From: an uncultured Alphaproteobacteria bacterium
GTDB taxonomy: Bacteria; Pseudomonadota; Alphaproteobacteria; HIMB59; GCA-002718135
Direction of reading: 5' to 3'
DNA length: 64,000 nucleotides
NCBI GenBank assembly: GCA_902574475.1
Contig: CACGNZ010000002.1
Location: forward strand, 18,161 to 82,160
Part shown: positions 9,920-19,353 of the stretch, piece after piece
Position numbering within the stretch: position 1 is the stretch's first letter
Layout: every line of letters begins with the position of its first letter
Program-made: the position numbers and the translations under genes
The notes under the pieces: generated by a model
What the model saw: only the letters and a program-made list of their open reading frames with translations
Databases searched by the model: none
What the model was told of the DNA's origin: nothing

Positions 9920-10038
9920 TTTTTTAAATAAGGTCCAAAGCTAAGATCTAAACCAACACCAACTCTAGCTAATGAATAAATAATAACTAAGAAAAAAATT
10001 ACTATAACTAAGTTTCGTATAATTTTTTTTTCATCCAT
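9916..10038 (-). CDS. Candidate 40-aa small membrane protein (not in ORF track)
   Basis: ATG at 10038, 5 nt after the stop of the upstream MFS gene. Hand translation MDEKKIIRNLVIVIFFLVIIYSLARVGVGLDLSFGPYLKN* shows one hydrophobic helix. Its stop overlaps the convergent aminopeptidase stop. No homology evidence. Confidence 0.25.
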   Translation of the reverse strand: MDEKKIIRNLVIVIFFLVIIYSLARVGVGLDLSFGPYLKN

Positions 10039-10042
10039 AAAA

Positions 10043-11296
10043 TTACGCTGTTTGTATATTTGTATTAGATAATGGTTTTTCTCTAATTGGTAAATGGATT
10101 ATTGCAGAAAAGGCGCCTACTCCTATACCAACCCACCATACAATATCATAACTTCCATAGATATCATAAAATAGACCACCTAACCAAACACCTACAAAAG
10201 ATCCTAGCTGATGAGAAAAAAATACAATTCCATATAATGTACCCATAAATTTTAATCCATAAATATGGCCTATAATTCCTGAAGTTAAAGGAACTGTTGC
10301 TAACCATAAAGCACCCATAACTATTGAAAATATTGCAATAGATATTGGTGTAATAGGCAGTAAGATAAATAAAATTGCCGCAATAGTCCTTCCAGTGTAA
10401 ATAAAAGATAAAAGATATTTCTTATAATGTCCCTTTCCTAAGGCTCCAGCAATCAAACAACCAATTATATTAAACAATCCTATAAGAGCCATAGATAATG
10501 CTCCTAAACCTTCTACAGAATTACAAACCAAACTTATTAAACTTCCTTCTATAATTGGACTACTAGATTCAACAATAAATGCTGGAAAATGTGCAGTAAT
10601 AAATGCTAACTGAAAACCGCAAGAAAAAAAACCAAAGAACAACATTGAGTATGTTGGATCTTTTAATGCAACAAATACAGCATCAGTAATTTTTTCATTT
10701 TCATTATTAATATTTGTATTTAATAATTCTGTTTTTAAAATTGGAACAACTATCAATGTTATTAATAATATAATTGAAAAGATTTCAAAAACTGAAGACC
10801 AAGGCAAAAAAGATAATAAAATAGAGGCAAGTGGTGGGCCAACCACTTGTCCAGCCGATCCTGCAGCAGTTGTAATACCTAGTGCTAAAGATCTTTTTTC
10901 TGGAGATGTGGCTCTTCCAACTACCGCTAAAATTGGACCAAATCCACTACCAGCTATACCAAAACCAATTAATAGGTTTAAAGTTTGATGCGCCTCTGGA
11001 GTCGTAGCAGTACTACTTATGAAAATTCCAATTGCATAAAGAATTAAGCCTAGCGCTATTGCTTTTCTATCACCATATTTTTCGGCAAAAGCACTAAATA
11101 GTGGAGTGCCTACCCCCCAAGCTAAATTTTGAATAGCAATGGCAAGAGAAAATTCTGAACGGTTCCATAAAAAATCAGACGCAATAGGAATTTGAAATAG
11201 GCCAAATGTTGAACGGATTGCAAAACTTATTAGAAGAATTAAGCTTCCACCAATCAGAATAGGAGTAAATACAGAATTAACTCTCTCATCTTTCAT
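10043..11296 (-). CDS. MFS transporter
   Basis: 417 aa with about 12 predicted hydrophobic segments and an MFS-like loop G.FAEKYGDRKAI between TM2 and TM3. Confidence 0.7.
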   Translation of the reverse strand: MKDERVNSVFTPILIGGSLILLISFAIRSTFGLFQIPIASDFLWNRSEFSLAIAIQNLAWGVGTPLFSAFAEKYGDRKAIALGLILYAIGIFISSTATTPEAHQTLNLLIGFGIAGSGFGPILAVVGRATSPEKRSLALGITTAAGSAGQVVGPPLASILLSFLPWSSVFEIFSIILLITLIVVPILKTELLNTNINNENEKITDAVFVALKDPTYSMLFFGFFSCGFQLAFITAHFPAFIVESSSPIIEGSLISLVCNSVEGLGALSMALIGLFNIIGCLIAGALGKGHYKKYLLSFIYTGRTIAAILFILLPITPISIAIFSIVMGALWLATVPLTSGIIGHIYGLKFMGTLYGIVFFSHQLGSFVGVWLGGLFYDIYGSYDIVWWVGIGVGAFSAIIHLPIREKPLSNTNIQTA

Positions 11297-11346
11297 ATTT
11301 TAATAGATAACAGGAAGAATTTTTATTTCTAGAATTTTTATTATTA

Positions 11347-11823
11347 TTAAATCGTATTATTTAATTCTGTCTTTTCGTTTTCTTCTTTTTCAGGAACAAC
11401 ATATGCAACAGCACAATGATCTAAACAATAAGGCTTATCTTCAAATCTATCTTTGCCACAAAAACCAAAGTCAGCTTCATCTGGATGACCTTCAGGCCAT
11501 TCACAACCTCTCTTTGGAGATGCAGTGAATATATTTTTAACCACCGGTTGGAAAACAGCAGGTTCTGTAGAGACAATCTCTGGTTCTTTGGTGCTTTCAA
11601 AATTTAATTTTGGCATTACCGGAGACCTAGCTTTCTTTCGATCAGGTTTAACAGCTGTTCTTCTTATAGGTGATGGTCTTCTCTCAAGTCCAATTCTATG
11701 AGCTTTTCCAACAACAGCATTTTTAGTGAAACCTAGTAATTTTCCAATTTGAGCTGTCGGTAGACCTTGGTCCCACAAATCTCTAAGTTTTGCTACATTA
11801 TTATCATCCCAAGGCATTATCAA
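11347..11823 (-). CDS. gcrA: Cell-cycle regulator GcrA
   Basis: 158 aa. N-terminus MPWDDNNVAKLRDLWDQGLPTAQIGKLLG... and a C-terminal Cys-containing block (CEWP...FCG...YC..H) are typical of GcrA. GGAG lies 7 nt upstream of the ATG at 11823. Confidence 0.85.
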   Translation of the reverse strand: MIMPWDDNNVAKLRDLWDQGLPTAQIGKLLGFTKNAVVGKAHRIGLERRPSPIRRTAVKPDRKKARSPVMPKLNFESTKEPEIVSTEPAVFQPVVKNIFTASPKRGCEWPEGHPDEADFGFCGKDRFEDKPYCLDHCAVAYVVPEKEENEKTELNNTI

Positions 11824-11955
11824 TCTCCATTACTACATTTAGTAGCTTAAAAAGGCTTTAATATACTAAATGTATGTATTAAAAAAGATAAAACTGCAAA
11901 TTTTTAAAAAAAATCAATGAATTCCAGCATTTTTTTTATATAAATGTGAATAGAA

Positions 11956-13152
11956 ATGAAAGAATTAAGAGATCTAGACTGTAAAAATAAAAAAATAATT
12001 CTTAGAGTTGATTTAAACGTACCAGTTTTGGAAGGCACAATTACAGATCATTCAAGAATTCATGCTATCTTACCAACACTAGAAAAACTAATTAAAAATA
12101 AAAATAAGATATTCTTAATTGCTCATTTTGGCCGACCTAAAGGTCAAGTTAATAAAACATATTCCATTGAGTTTTTATGTTCAGAATTAAAAAAATTTTT
12201 AAATTTAAACTCAATTCATTTTTTAGCTAACTGTGAAAAAAAAATAATTGAGAAAAAAATTGCTGAAATGGACTTGGGGGAAATTTGTCTATTAGAAAAT
12301 ATTCGTTTTAATTCGGAAGAAGAAAAAAATGGTCTTAATTTTTCAAAATTATTAGCTTCTAGTTTTGACATATATATTAATGACGCGTTTTCTGCATCTC
12401 ATCGTAATCATGCATCTATAGTAGGTATTACTAAATACTTACCTTCATACGCTGGATTAAGTTTCTCAAAAGAAATTGAAAATTTAGATAAATTTTTAGA
12501 AAATTCAGACAAACCAAATCTAGCTATTATAGGTGGCTCAAAGGTTTCAACAAAAATAAAAGTTTTAGAAAATATAGTTGAAATTTTTGACTCTTTAGTG
12601 ATTGGTGGTGCAATGGCTAATACCTTTTTGCTATCAAATAATTATAAGGTTGGTTCTTCTCTTGTAGAAAATGATTTTATTGAACTATCAAAAAAGATAC
12701 AAAAAAAAGCAGAATCAAAAAATTGCAAAATACTTTTACCAATTGATGCTGTTTGCTCAAAAACAATAGAAGATAGAGTAAATGTTAAGACTTATTCAAT
12801 CAATAAAATTCCAAAAGACCAAATGATATTAGATGTTGGTGAACAAACTACAAAATTAATTTCAAATGAAATATTAAAATCTAAATCAATTTTATGGAAT
12901 GGGCCTTTAGGTGCATTCGAGTATAGTCCATTTGATAAAAGTACAATTTCAGTTGCAAATATTATACAACATTATTCAAGTAAGTCTCAATTAGATGCTT
13001 TAGCAGGAGGAGGAGATACACTTGCAGCAATAAAAAAAGCTAAAGCCAATGATGCATTTAAATATTTATCTACAGCTGGGGGTGCATTTTTAGAGTGGCT
13101 TGAGGGAAATAAATCACCAGGATTTATAGCATTAAGAGAAAATAATTTTTAA
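11956..13152 (+). CDS. pgk: Phosphoglycerate kinase
   Basis: 398 aa with ILRVDLNVP and AGGGDT motifs. Confidence 0.95.
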   Translation: MKELRDLDCKNKKIILRVDLNVPVLEGTITDHSRIHAILPTLEKLIKNKNKIFLIAHFGRPKGQVNKTYSIEFLCSELKKFLNLNSIHFLANCEKKIIEKKIAEMDLGEICLLENIRFNSEEEKNGLNFSKLLASSFDIYINDAFSASHRNHASIVGITKYLPSYAGLSFSKEIENLDKFLENSDKPNLAIIGGSKVSTKIKVLENIVEIFDSLVIGGAMANTFLLSNNYKVGSSLVENDFIELSKKIQKKAESKNCKILLPIDAVCSKTIEDRVNVKTYSINKIPKDQMILDVGEQTTKLISNEILKSKSILWNGPLGAFEYSPFDKSTISVANIIQHYSSKSQLDALAGGGDTLAAIKKAKANDAFKYLSTAGGAFLEWLEGNKSPGFIALRENNF

Positions 13153-13153
13153 C

Positions 13154-13693
13154 TTAATCTTCAATTTGATATTTTTTAATTAAAGGGAATTGTGTCATCG
13201 TAAAAATAAACGTAATTGGCAAGATACCAAAAACTTTAAAATTTACCCAAACATCAGTACTTTGTGTTCTCCAAACAATTTCATTTAAAACAGCAAGTGC
13301 AACAAAAAAAGCAATCCACCTTTGAGTTAATATTCTCCATCCATCTTCTTCTAGTTTAAGCGCAGCACCTAAAAGATACTTTAAAAGAGGTTTTTTAACA
13401 ATCACTCCTCCATATAAAATTAATGCGAAGACCATATTTATTATTGTTGGTTTCATTTTAATAAAAATTTCATTGTCAAAATAAATTGTTAGACCTCCAA
13501 ATATTAATACTATTGCAGCCCCAAGAGTTGGCATAATTGGTATTTTTTTCTCAAGTATATATGAAATGATTACTGAAATTACAGTTGCAATCATAAGAGG
13601 AAGTATTGCTTCTTGAAGACCACTTCTTGTATAAAAAATAAAGAATACAGCAAGCGGTCCTATATCAATTAATAATTTATAAACTGACTTCAT
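13154..13693 (-). CDS. yciB: Intracellular septation protein A (YciB/IspZ family)
   Basis: 179 aa with five hydrophobic segments and the FIKMKPTIINMVFALIL block characteristic of YciB. Confidence 0.8.
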   Translation of the reverse strand: MKSVYKLLIDIGPLAVFFIFYTRSGLQEAILPLMIATVISVIISYILEKKIPIMPTLGAAIVLIFGGLTIYFDNEIFIKMKPTIINMVFALILYGGVIVKKPLLKYLLGAALKLEEDGWRILTQRWIAFFVALAVLNEIVWRTQSTDVWVNFKVFGILPITFIFTMTQFPLIKKYQIED

Positions 13694-14610
13694 TTTTGTT
13701 CTTCTAGATTTAAAATAGACCTAGCAAAGTTTTGCGAATTAAAGCTAACAAGGTCCTCAATACTTTCTCCAAGTCCAACATAACTTATAGGGATTTCAAA
13801 TTTATTTGCAATTGAAATTAATGCTCCACCTTTTGCTGTTCCATCCAATTTTGTTATTATAAGACTTGATACATTAAGTTCATTTCCAAAGATTTCCACT
13901 TGCTTAATCATGTTCGAACCATTCGTTCCATCTAAAACTAACACAGTTTCAATATTAAAAGAGGAATTAACTTTTGAGATAACATTCTTCAATTTAATTA
14001 GCTGATTAATGAGGTTAGTATTATTTGATAATCTTCCAGCAGTATCTATAAGTAAAAAATCATAATTTTCTTTTCCAAATTTTTCAGTTGCCTGATACGC
14101 TACGCTTGCTGGATCTTGATTACTTTTTCCAGCTATAAAACCATTATTATTTTTTTTTGCCCAATTTTCCAACTGCTCAACAGCTGCTGCCCTAAATGTA
14201 TCACAAGCCGCAATCAGAATTTTTTTATTTGATAAAATTTTATTTGCAATTTTACCAATAGTGGTTGTCTTTCCACTTCCGTTTACACCAACAAATATTA
14301 ATATTTTTTTTTCATCATTTTTTTCATTTATAAGAACATGTTCTCTTGGAAGTAATATACTTTCTATATTTTGAGCTAAGATTTCTAATACATTTTTTAT
14401 TCCATCATCATTTGAAATTTTTATTTTTTTTATAGAATCTATTAGATGATTTATAACATCCAAACTAATATCAGATGAAATAAGAACATTTTCTAATTCT
14501 TCTAAAGTTAAATCGTCTATTTTTTTGTTTTTTAAAATCTCTAAAATATTAAAAGAAAGTATATTTGAAGTTTTACTTAACTTATCTTTAAATATTGAGA
14601 ACAAACTCAT
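13690..14610 (-). CDS. ftsY: Signal recognition particle receptor FtsY
   Basis: 306 aa with SRP-GTPase motifs GVNGSGKTTTIGK, DTAGR and TKLDGTAKGG. Confidence 0.9.
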   Translation of the reverse strand: MSLFSIFKDKLSKTSNILSFNILEILKNKKIDDLTLEELENVLISSDISLDVINHLIDSIKKIKISNDDGIKNVLEILAQNIESILLPREHVLINEKNDEKKILIFVGVNGSGKTTTIGKIANKILSNKKILIAACDTFRAAAVEQLENWAKKNNNGFIAGKSNQDPASVAYQATEKFGKENYDFLLIDTAGRLSNNTNLINQLIKLKNVISKVNSSFNIETVLVLDGTNGSNMIKQVEIFGNELNVSSLIITKLDGTAKGGALISIANKFEIPISYVGLGESIEDLVSFNSQNFARSILNLEEQK

Positions 14611-15866
14611 GCTATTCTTGCTAATAACGTATCATTTTCTACGCCTGTGTATATACAGGAAATTATATTTCCTTCTTTAAACTCTTCTTCAAGTTTTACT
14701 TTTAAAAAATGCTGATCTTTTCCAAGTGAAAAATTTTCTTTTCTACTTTCAATTAAAATTTGTTCCCTCTTTCCAATATTTTTTTTTAAATGTTGTTTTA
14801 ATTTTTCAATACCTTTTTCTCTAAGTTTTCTTGCTCTATCTTTGATAATATTTTTTTGAACTTGAGGCATTCTAGATGCAGGAGTGTTTTCTCTTGGTGA
14901 ATAAGGAAAAATATGAAGATGAGTTAAATTACACTCATCAACTAGTTTAATTGAATCTTGAAACATTGTTTCTGTCTCTGTTGGAAAACCGGCAATTATA
15001 TCAGCACCAAATGTTGCATCTTGCCTAATAGATAAAACTTTTTTACAAAAATTAATTGCCATTTCCCTTGAATGTCTTCTTTTCATTCTTTTCAAAATTA
15101 AATTGTTTCCAGCTTGTAAACTTATATGAAAATGAGGCATCAATCTTTCGTCCTTTAAAACATCCCAAAAATCTTCGTCTATTTCAGCGCAGTCAATTGA
15201 AGACAAACGCAGCTGTCTTAATTCAGGTACTAATTTTAGAATTCTTTTAATTAAGTTAGAAAAAGTCGGTTTTGCTGGAAGATCTTTTCCATAATCAGTT
15301 ATATCTACTCCTGTTAAGACTACTTCATTATATCCATTGCTAACAATTTTTTTTATTTTATTTACTATCTCTCCAGCAGGTACGCTTCTATTATTGCCCC
15401 TGCCAAATGGAATAATACAAAAAGTACAGCGATGGTTACAACCTTGTTGAATTTCAATATAAGCTCTCGATTTTCCTTCAAATTTTTCAATTGAATTAGG
15501 TACTGTTTTACTTTCTTCTAATATATTTCCTACTTTAAGATTTTTAGACTGATCGATATTTTTCCATGTTAAATTTTCTAATTTTTCTGTGTTCCCAATT
15601 ACTGAGTCTACTTCTTTTAAATCTTTATATTTTAATGGATTGATTTGAGCCGCACATCCTGTAACTACTATTTTATTATTAGGAAAATTTTTTTTTGCCT
15701 TTCTAATTTCATAAGAAACTTTTTTCTCAGCTTCTTCAGTTACTGCACATGAGTTTATGACTGTAACATTATTTAAATTATTTGTTTTAAGATGGTTTTT
15801 AATGATTTCACCTTCATAAATATTCAATCTACAACCTAGATTGACTACGTAGTTTTTATTTTTCAT
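14607..15866 (-). CDS. mtaB: MiaB-like radical-SAM tRNA methylthiotransferase (MtaB type)
   Basis: 419 aa with the CNHRCTFC radical-SAM cluster. The dapF-mtaB-ftsY order is conserved in alphaproteobacteria. Confidence 0.8.
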   Translation of the reverse strand: MKNKNYVVNLGCRLNIYEGEIIKNHLKTNNLNNVTVINSCAVTEEAEKKVSYEIRKAKKNFPNNKIVVTGCAAQINPLKYKDLKEVDSVIGNTEKLENLTWKNIDQSKNLKVGNILEESKTVPNSIEKFEGKSRAYIEIQQGCNHRCTFCIIPFGRGNNRSVPAGEIVNKIKKIVSNGYNEVVLTGVDITDYGKDLPAKPTFSNLIKRILKLVPELRQLRLSSIDCAEIDEDFWDVLKDERLMPHFHISLQAGNNLILKRMKRRHSREMAINFCKKVLSIRQDATFGADIIAGFPTETETMFQDSIKLVDECNLTHLHIFPYSPRENTPASRMPQVQKNIIKDRARKLREKGIEKLKQHLKKNIGKREQILIESRKENFSLGKDQHFLKVKLEEEFKEGNIISCIYTGVENDTLLARIA

Positions 15867-15869
15867 AAA

Positions 15870-16688
15870 TTATATTTCTAAACTACCTCGATAACTTATT
15901 TCTGCAGGTCCTGTCATAATAGATTCATTATTAACTATATTTATGTGAAGTGATCCTTTTTCAAGTTTTACTTCAGCGTTATTTTCAATTAATTCTTTTT
16001 TCCACGCCGCATATACAGCAGCACAGGCACCACTACCACAAGCTAACGTGATTCCAACCCCACGTTCCCAAACTCTCATTTCAATTAAATTTGAATTAAT
16101 AACTTCAACTATTTCAACATTAGTTTTTTTTGGAAAGAGCTCATGATTTTCTATTTTAGGACCTATACTTTCAAGATCTGTATCTTTGATCGATTTCCCA
16201 AAAAAAACTACATGTGGATTACCTACATTAACAGCAACTCCATTACTATATCCATCAATTGAAATTGGTATATTCATTGTATCGACTTCTTTACTTAAAG
16301 GAATTTTATCCCAAGTATTTTTTATTGAACCCATGTTGACACTTATATTGTTATCTATTTTTTTTGATTCTAATATACCTGCATCAGATTGAATTTTTAA
16401 AATCTCTTTTTTTGAATCTTCATCAAATAGTATTTTTGCCACACAGCGTGTTCCATTACCACAAGCTTCGGCTCTATCACCACCAGGATTAAAAATTTCA
16501 ATTTCAGCATCAGCACTTTGATTACTTGTATTATTAATTGTGATTAATTGATCACACCCTGCCCCAGTTCTTCTGTCACTGAGTCTTTTAATAATATCTT
16601 CAGTAATTGTGATATTGTTAGACCTTTTATCTATGATAACAAAATCGTTCCCAAGTCCATGCATCTTTATGAAGTCTACTTTTTGCAT
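15870..16688 (-). CDS. dapF: Diaminopimelate epimerase
   Basis: 272 aa with the two catalytic Cys blocks ACGNGTRC and CGSGACA. Confidence 0.9.
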   Translation of the reverse strand: MQKVDFIKMHGLGNDFVIIDKRSNNITITEDIIKRLSDRRTGAGCDQLITINNTSNQSADAEIEIFNPGGDRAEACGNGTRCVAKILFDEDSKKEILKIQSDAGILESKKIDNNISVNMGSIKNTWDKIPLSKEVDTMNIPISIDGYSNGVAVNVGNPHVVFFGKSIKDTDLESIGPKIENHELFPKKTNVEIVEVINSNLIEMRVWERGVGITLACGSGACAAVYAAWKKELIENNAEVKLEKGSLHINIVNNESIMTGPAEISYRGSLEI

Positions 16689-16834
16689 ATTTGTTTTATA
16701 ACCTAATTTATCAATAAATCTCAGTAAATATGGGAAATTTAAGAATACTTGACTTTCAATTATTCAGCTAATAGAGGGTCACCAACAAATCCTATATTTG
16801 TAAACGAATTGAGCTTGTTACAATCGTGATAGGT

Positions 16835-16865
16835 ACTCTAGCCCACGAGTTTCGTGCCCTGGAGT
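16835..16865 (+). promoter_or_regulatory. GC-rich hairpin in the ffh 5' leader (candidate cis-regulatory RNA)
   Basis: ACUCUAG(16835-41)/CUGGAGU(16859-65) gives 7 bp including one G.U. A 2x2 C/C internal loop follows, then CACGA(16844-48)/UCGUG(16852-56) closing a GUU loop. A TACAAT -10-like box lies at 16819-24, and GGAG lies 6 nt before the ATG at 16886. Confidence 0.45.
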
Positions 16866-16885
16866 TAAAAGGCTATTGGAGATTT

Positions 16886-18250
16886 ATGTTTGATACACTG
16901 AACACAAAATTTGAAAAAATTGTTCAAAGCATTCGGGGTAAGGCTGTTATATCAGAAACAGATCTTGAAGTTACATTACGTGAAATTAGAATTGCTCTGT
17001 TAGAGGCAGACGTTTCCTTAGTTGTAGTAAAAGAATTTATAAATTCCATCAAGTTAAACGTTTTAGGAAAAGAAATTCTCAAATCTGTTAAGCCAGATCA
17101 AATGATCATAAAGCTTGTGCAAGATGAGCTTGTAAAAATTCTTGGATCAGAAAATAAATCTATAAATTTATCTTCTTCTCAATTAACTAAAATATTGTTT
17201 TGTGGATTACAGGGATCTGGGAAAACAACATCAATTGCCAAACTTTCCTATTTGTTAAAGAAGTCTTCAAAGAAAAAAATTTTATTAGCTTCAGCAGATA
17301 TTTATCGACCAGCAGCACAAGAACAATTAAAAGTATTAGCTGAAGAAACCGGCTCAGATTTCTTTAATCACAATCTATCATCAGCCAGTACGATTGTTGA
17401 TGATTCCATAGACTATGCTCAAAAAAATTTATTTGATATTCTTATTTTAGATACTGCTGGACGACAAGTTGTAGATAAAAAGTTAATGAGTGAATTAATA
17501 GAAATTGAAAATAAGTTTAAACCTGACGAAACATTATTAGTAGCAGATGCTCTAACAGGACAAGATGCTGCAAATGTAGCTAAAAGTTTTAGTGATGCAA
17601 TAAATATTACTGGATCAATTTTAACTCGAATAGATGGTGATAGCAGGGGTGGTGCAGCACTATCTATTAAATCGATAACAAACTCTCCTATAAAATTTAT
17701 AGGACTAGGTGAAAAAGTAGAAAATTTTGAACCTTTCCATCCTGAAAGAATTGCACAAAGAATTTTAGGTATGGGAGATATTGTATCTCTTGTCGAAAAG
17801 GCTGCTGAAAATATTGATAAAGAAGAAATGGAAGATATGGCAAAAAAGATCGCTAAAGGAAAATTTGATCTTGAAGATTTTGCCAATCAATTAAAGCAAA
17901 TGGGTAAAATGGGTGGAGTCTCCGGTTTACTTTCTATGATGCCAGGTGTTTCAAAGGCACAGAAGTTAATGGCAGAAAATAAAATTTCTAATTCAATGAT
18001 TGATAAACAAATAGCTATAATCAGTTCAATGACAAAAAAAGAAAGGGCTGATCCAGATATTATAAAGGCTTCACGTAAAATTAGAATTTCAAAAGGATCT
18101 GGAACAAAAGTTCAAGACGTTAACAGGTTATTAAAACAGTTTCTCCAATCACAAAAAATGATGAAGAGAATGAAATCAATGGGCAAAGGAGGAATTCCCA
18201 GTGATTTAATGCAAAAATTACAAGGAAATCTTCCTCCAAACATAAATTAG
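16886..18250 (+). CDS. ffh: Signal recognition particle protein Ffh
   Basis: Start chosen at ATG 16886 (MFDTLNTKFEKI, canonical Ffh N-terminus) rather than the tracked GTG at 16826. Motifs GLQGSGKTT, DTAGR, TRIDGDSRGGAALS and a Met-rich M domain. Confidence 0.9.
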   Translation: MFDTLNTKFEKIVQSIRGKAVISETDLEVTLREIRIALLEADVSLVVVKEFINSIKLNVLGKEILKSVKPDQMIIKLVQDELVKILGSENKSINLSSSQLTKILFCGLQGSGKTTSIAKLSYLLKKSSKKKILLASADIYRPAAQEQLKVLAEETGSDFFNHNLSSASTIVDDSIDYAQKNLFDILILDTAGRQVVDKKLMSELIEIENKFKPDETLLVADALTGQDAANVAKSFSDAINITGSILTRIDGDSRGGAALSIKSITNSPIKFIGLGEKVENFEPFHPERIAQRILGMGDIVSLVEKAAENIDKEEMEDMAKKIAKGKFDLEDFANQLKQMGKMGGVSGLLSMMPGVSKAQKLMAENKISNSMIDKQIAIISSMTKKERADPDIIKASRKIRISKGSGTKVQDVNRLLKQFLQSQKMMKRMKSMGKGGIPSDLMQKLQGNLPPNIN

Positions 18251-18262
18251 AAAGGAAATAAA

Positions 18263-18832
18263 ATGCCAGTAAGAATAAGATTATCAAGAGGTGGTGCAAA
18301 GAAAAGACCATTTTATAGAATAGTAGTTGCTGATTCTAGAAGAGCTAGAGATGGAAAATTTATAGATCAAATTGGAACTTACAACCCAATGCTTCCAAAG
18401 GATAGCGCTGATAGAGTTAAAATGGATTTAGACAAAGCTAAGGAATGGATTGCAAAAGGAGCAAAACCATCAGATAGAATTTCTATTTTTCTTAGCAATC
18501 TTGGTGTGATGGAAAAACCAGTTATTACTGAAAAAACAAAAAAACATCTACCTAAGAAAAAAGCACAGGAACGTTTGGCTGCTGCTAAAGAAAAAGAAGA
18601 AGCTGCGAAAGCTGCAGCAGAAGAACCAAAAGCAGAAGAAGCAGAAGCTAAGCCAGCTGAAGATGCACAACCTGCTGAAGAACCAAAAGCAGAAGAAGCA
18701 GAAGCTAAGCCAGCTGAAGATGCACAACCTGCTGAAGAACCAAAAGCAGAAGAAGCAGAAGCTAAGCCAGCTGAAGATGCACAACCTGCTGAAGAACCAA
18801 AAGCAGAAGAAGCAGAAGCTAAAAAAGAATAA
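18263..18832 (+). CDS. rpsP: 30S ribosomal protein S16 with a ~100-aa repetitive acidic C-terminal extension
   Basis: N-terminus [26 protein letters not shown]. 189 aa versus 82 aa in E. coli. The tail is built of [19 protein letters not shown] repeats. Confidence 0.9.
   Translation: MPVRIRLSRGGAKKRPFYRIVVADSRRARDGKFIDQIGTYNPMLPKDSADRVKMDLDKAKEWIAKGAKPSDRISIFLSNLGVMEKPVITEKTKKHLPKKKAQERLAAAKEKEEAAKAAAEEPKAEEAEAKPAEDAQPAEEPKAEEAEAKPAEDAQPAEEPKAEEAEAKPAEDAQPAEEPKAEEAEAKKE
18620..18821. repeat. Perfect 57-bp tandem repeat, 3 full copies plus a 31-nt partial copy, inside rpsP
   Basis: The unit gaagaaccaaaagcagaagaagcagaagctaagccagctgaagatgcacaacctgct occurs at 18620-18676, 18677-18733 and 18734-18790. 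All three copies are identical by direct comparison. A partial copy spans 18791-18821. Confidence 0.95.
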
Positions 18833-18846
18833 AATCAATTTTTGCT

Positions 18847-19353
18847 TTGAGTAATAAAGATATTATTCTTGTTGGTCAGTTTGGATCTCCTGTAGGATTA
18901 AAAGGTGAAATAAAAGTTAATATGATGACTACCTCGTTTGAAGTTTTTAAAAATTTAAAAAACTATTATAATTTTGATGGTTCAGTTGCTTGGAATTTTA
19001 AAAATATTTTATTCAAAAATAATAAGTGTGTTGTTCAAGTTGAAAAATACTTTTCTAGAGAAGATGTTTTAGAGCTTAAAGGTCAAAAAATTTTTTCAAA
19101 TAAGAAATTTTTTCCAAAAACAAAAGATAATGAGTTTTACATAAACGATCTAATCAAATGCATTATTTTCTTGAAAGACAATACTAGTATTGGAAAAGTT
19201 TTAAGTGTTCAAAATTTTGGGGCAGGTGATTTATTAGAAGTCAAATATAATACCAAACTTATTCTTATACCTTTTGATAAAACAAATATTTTATCAGTTA
19301 ATATTAATAAAAAAGAAATTATAGCTGATCCAATACCTGGTATTCTTGATTAA
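18847..19353 (+). CDS. rimM: 16S rRNA processing protein RimM
   Basis: 168 aa with a TTG start. ILVGQFGSPVGLKGEIKV N-terminal block and position between rpsP and trmD. Confidence 0.8.
   Translation: MSNKDIILVGQFGSPVGLKGEIKVNMMTTSFEVFKNLKNYYNFDGSVAWNFKNILFKNNKCVVQVEKYFSREDVLELKGQKIFSNKKFFPKTKDNEFYINDLIKCIIFLKDNTSIGKVLSVQNFGAGDLLEVKYNTKLILIPFDKTNILSVNINKKEIIADPIPGILD

Noticed and set aside
16826-16885. The tracked ffh ORF starts at GTG 16826, adding 20 aa (MIGTLAHEFRALELKGYWRF).
   Set aside because: The extension runs through the GC-rich leader hairpin. The ATG at 16886 has a GGAG 6 nt upstream and gives the canonical Ffh N-terminus MFDTL.
18548-18838. A 96-aa minus-strand ORF (Phe/Cys/Trp-rich, repetitive) and a 63-aa alternative-frame + ORF (18663..18854) over the rpsP repeats. 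There are similar antisense ORFs over the rplS tail (20352..20546, 20428..20652).
   Set aside because: They are mirror or alternate-frame readings of the GAA/GCA-rich tandem repeat. The low-complexity products are implausible, and the sense frames are clearly S16 and L19.
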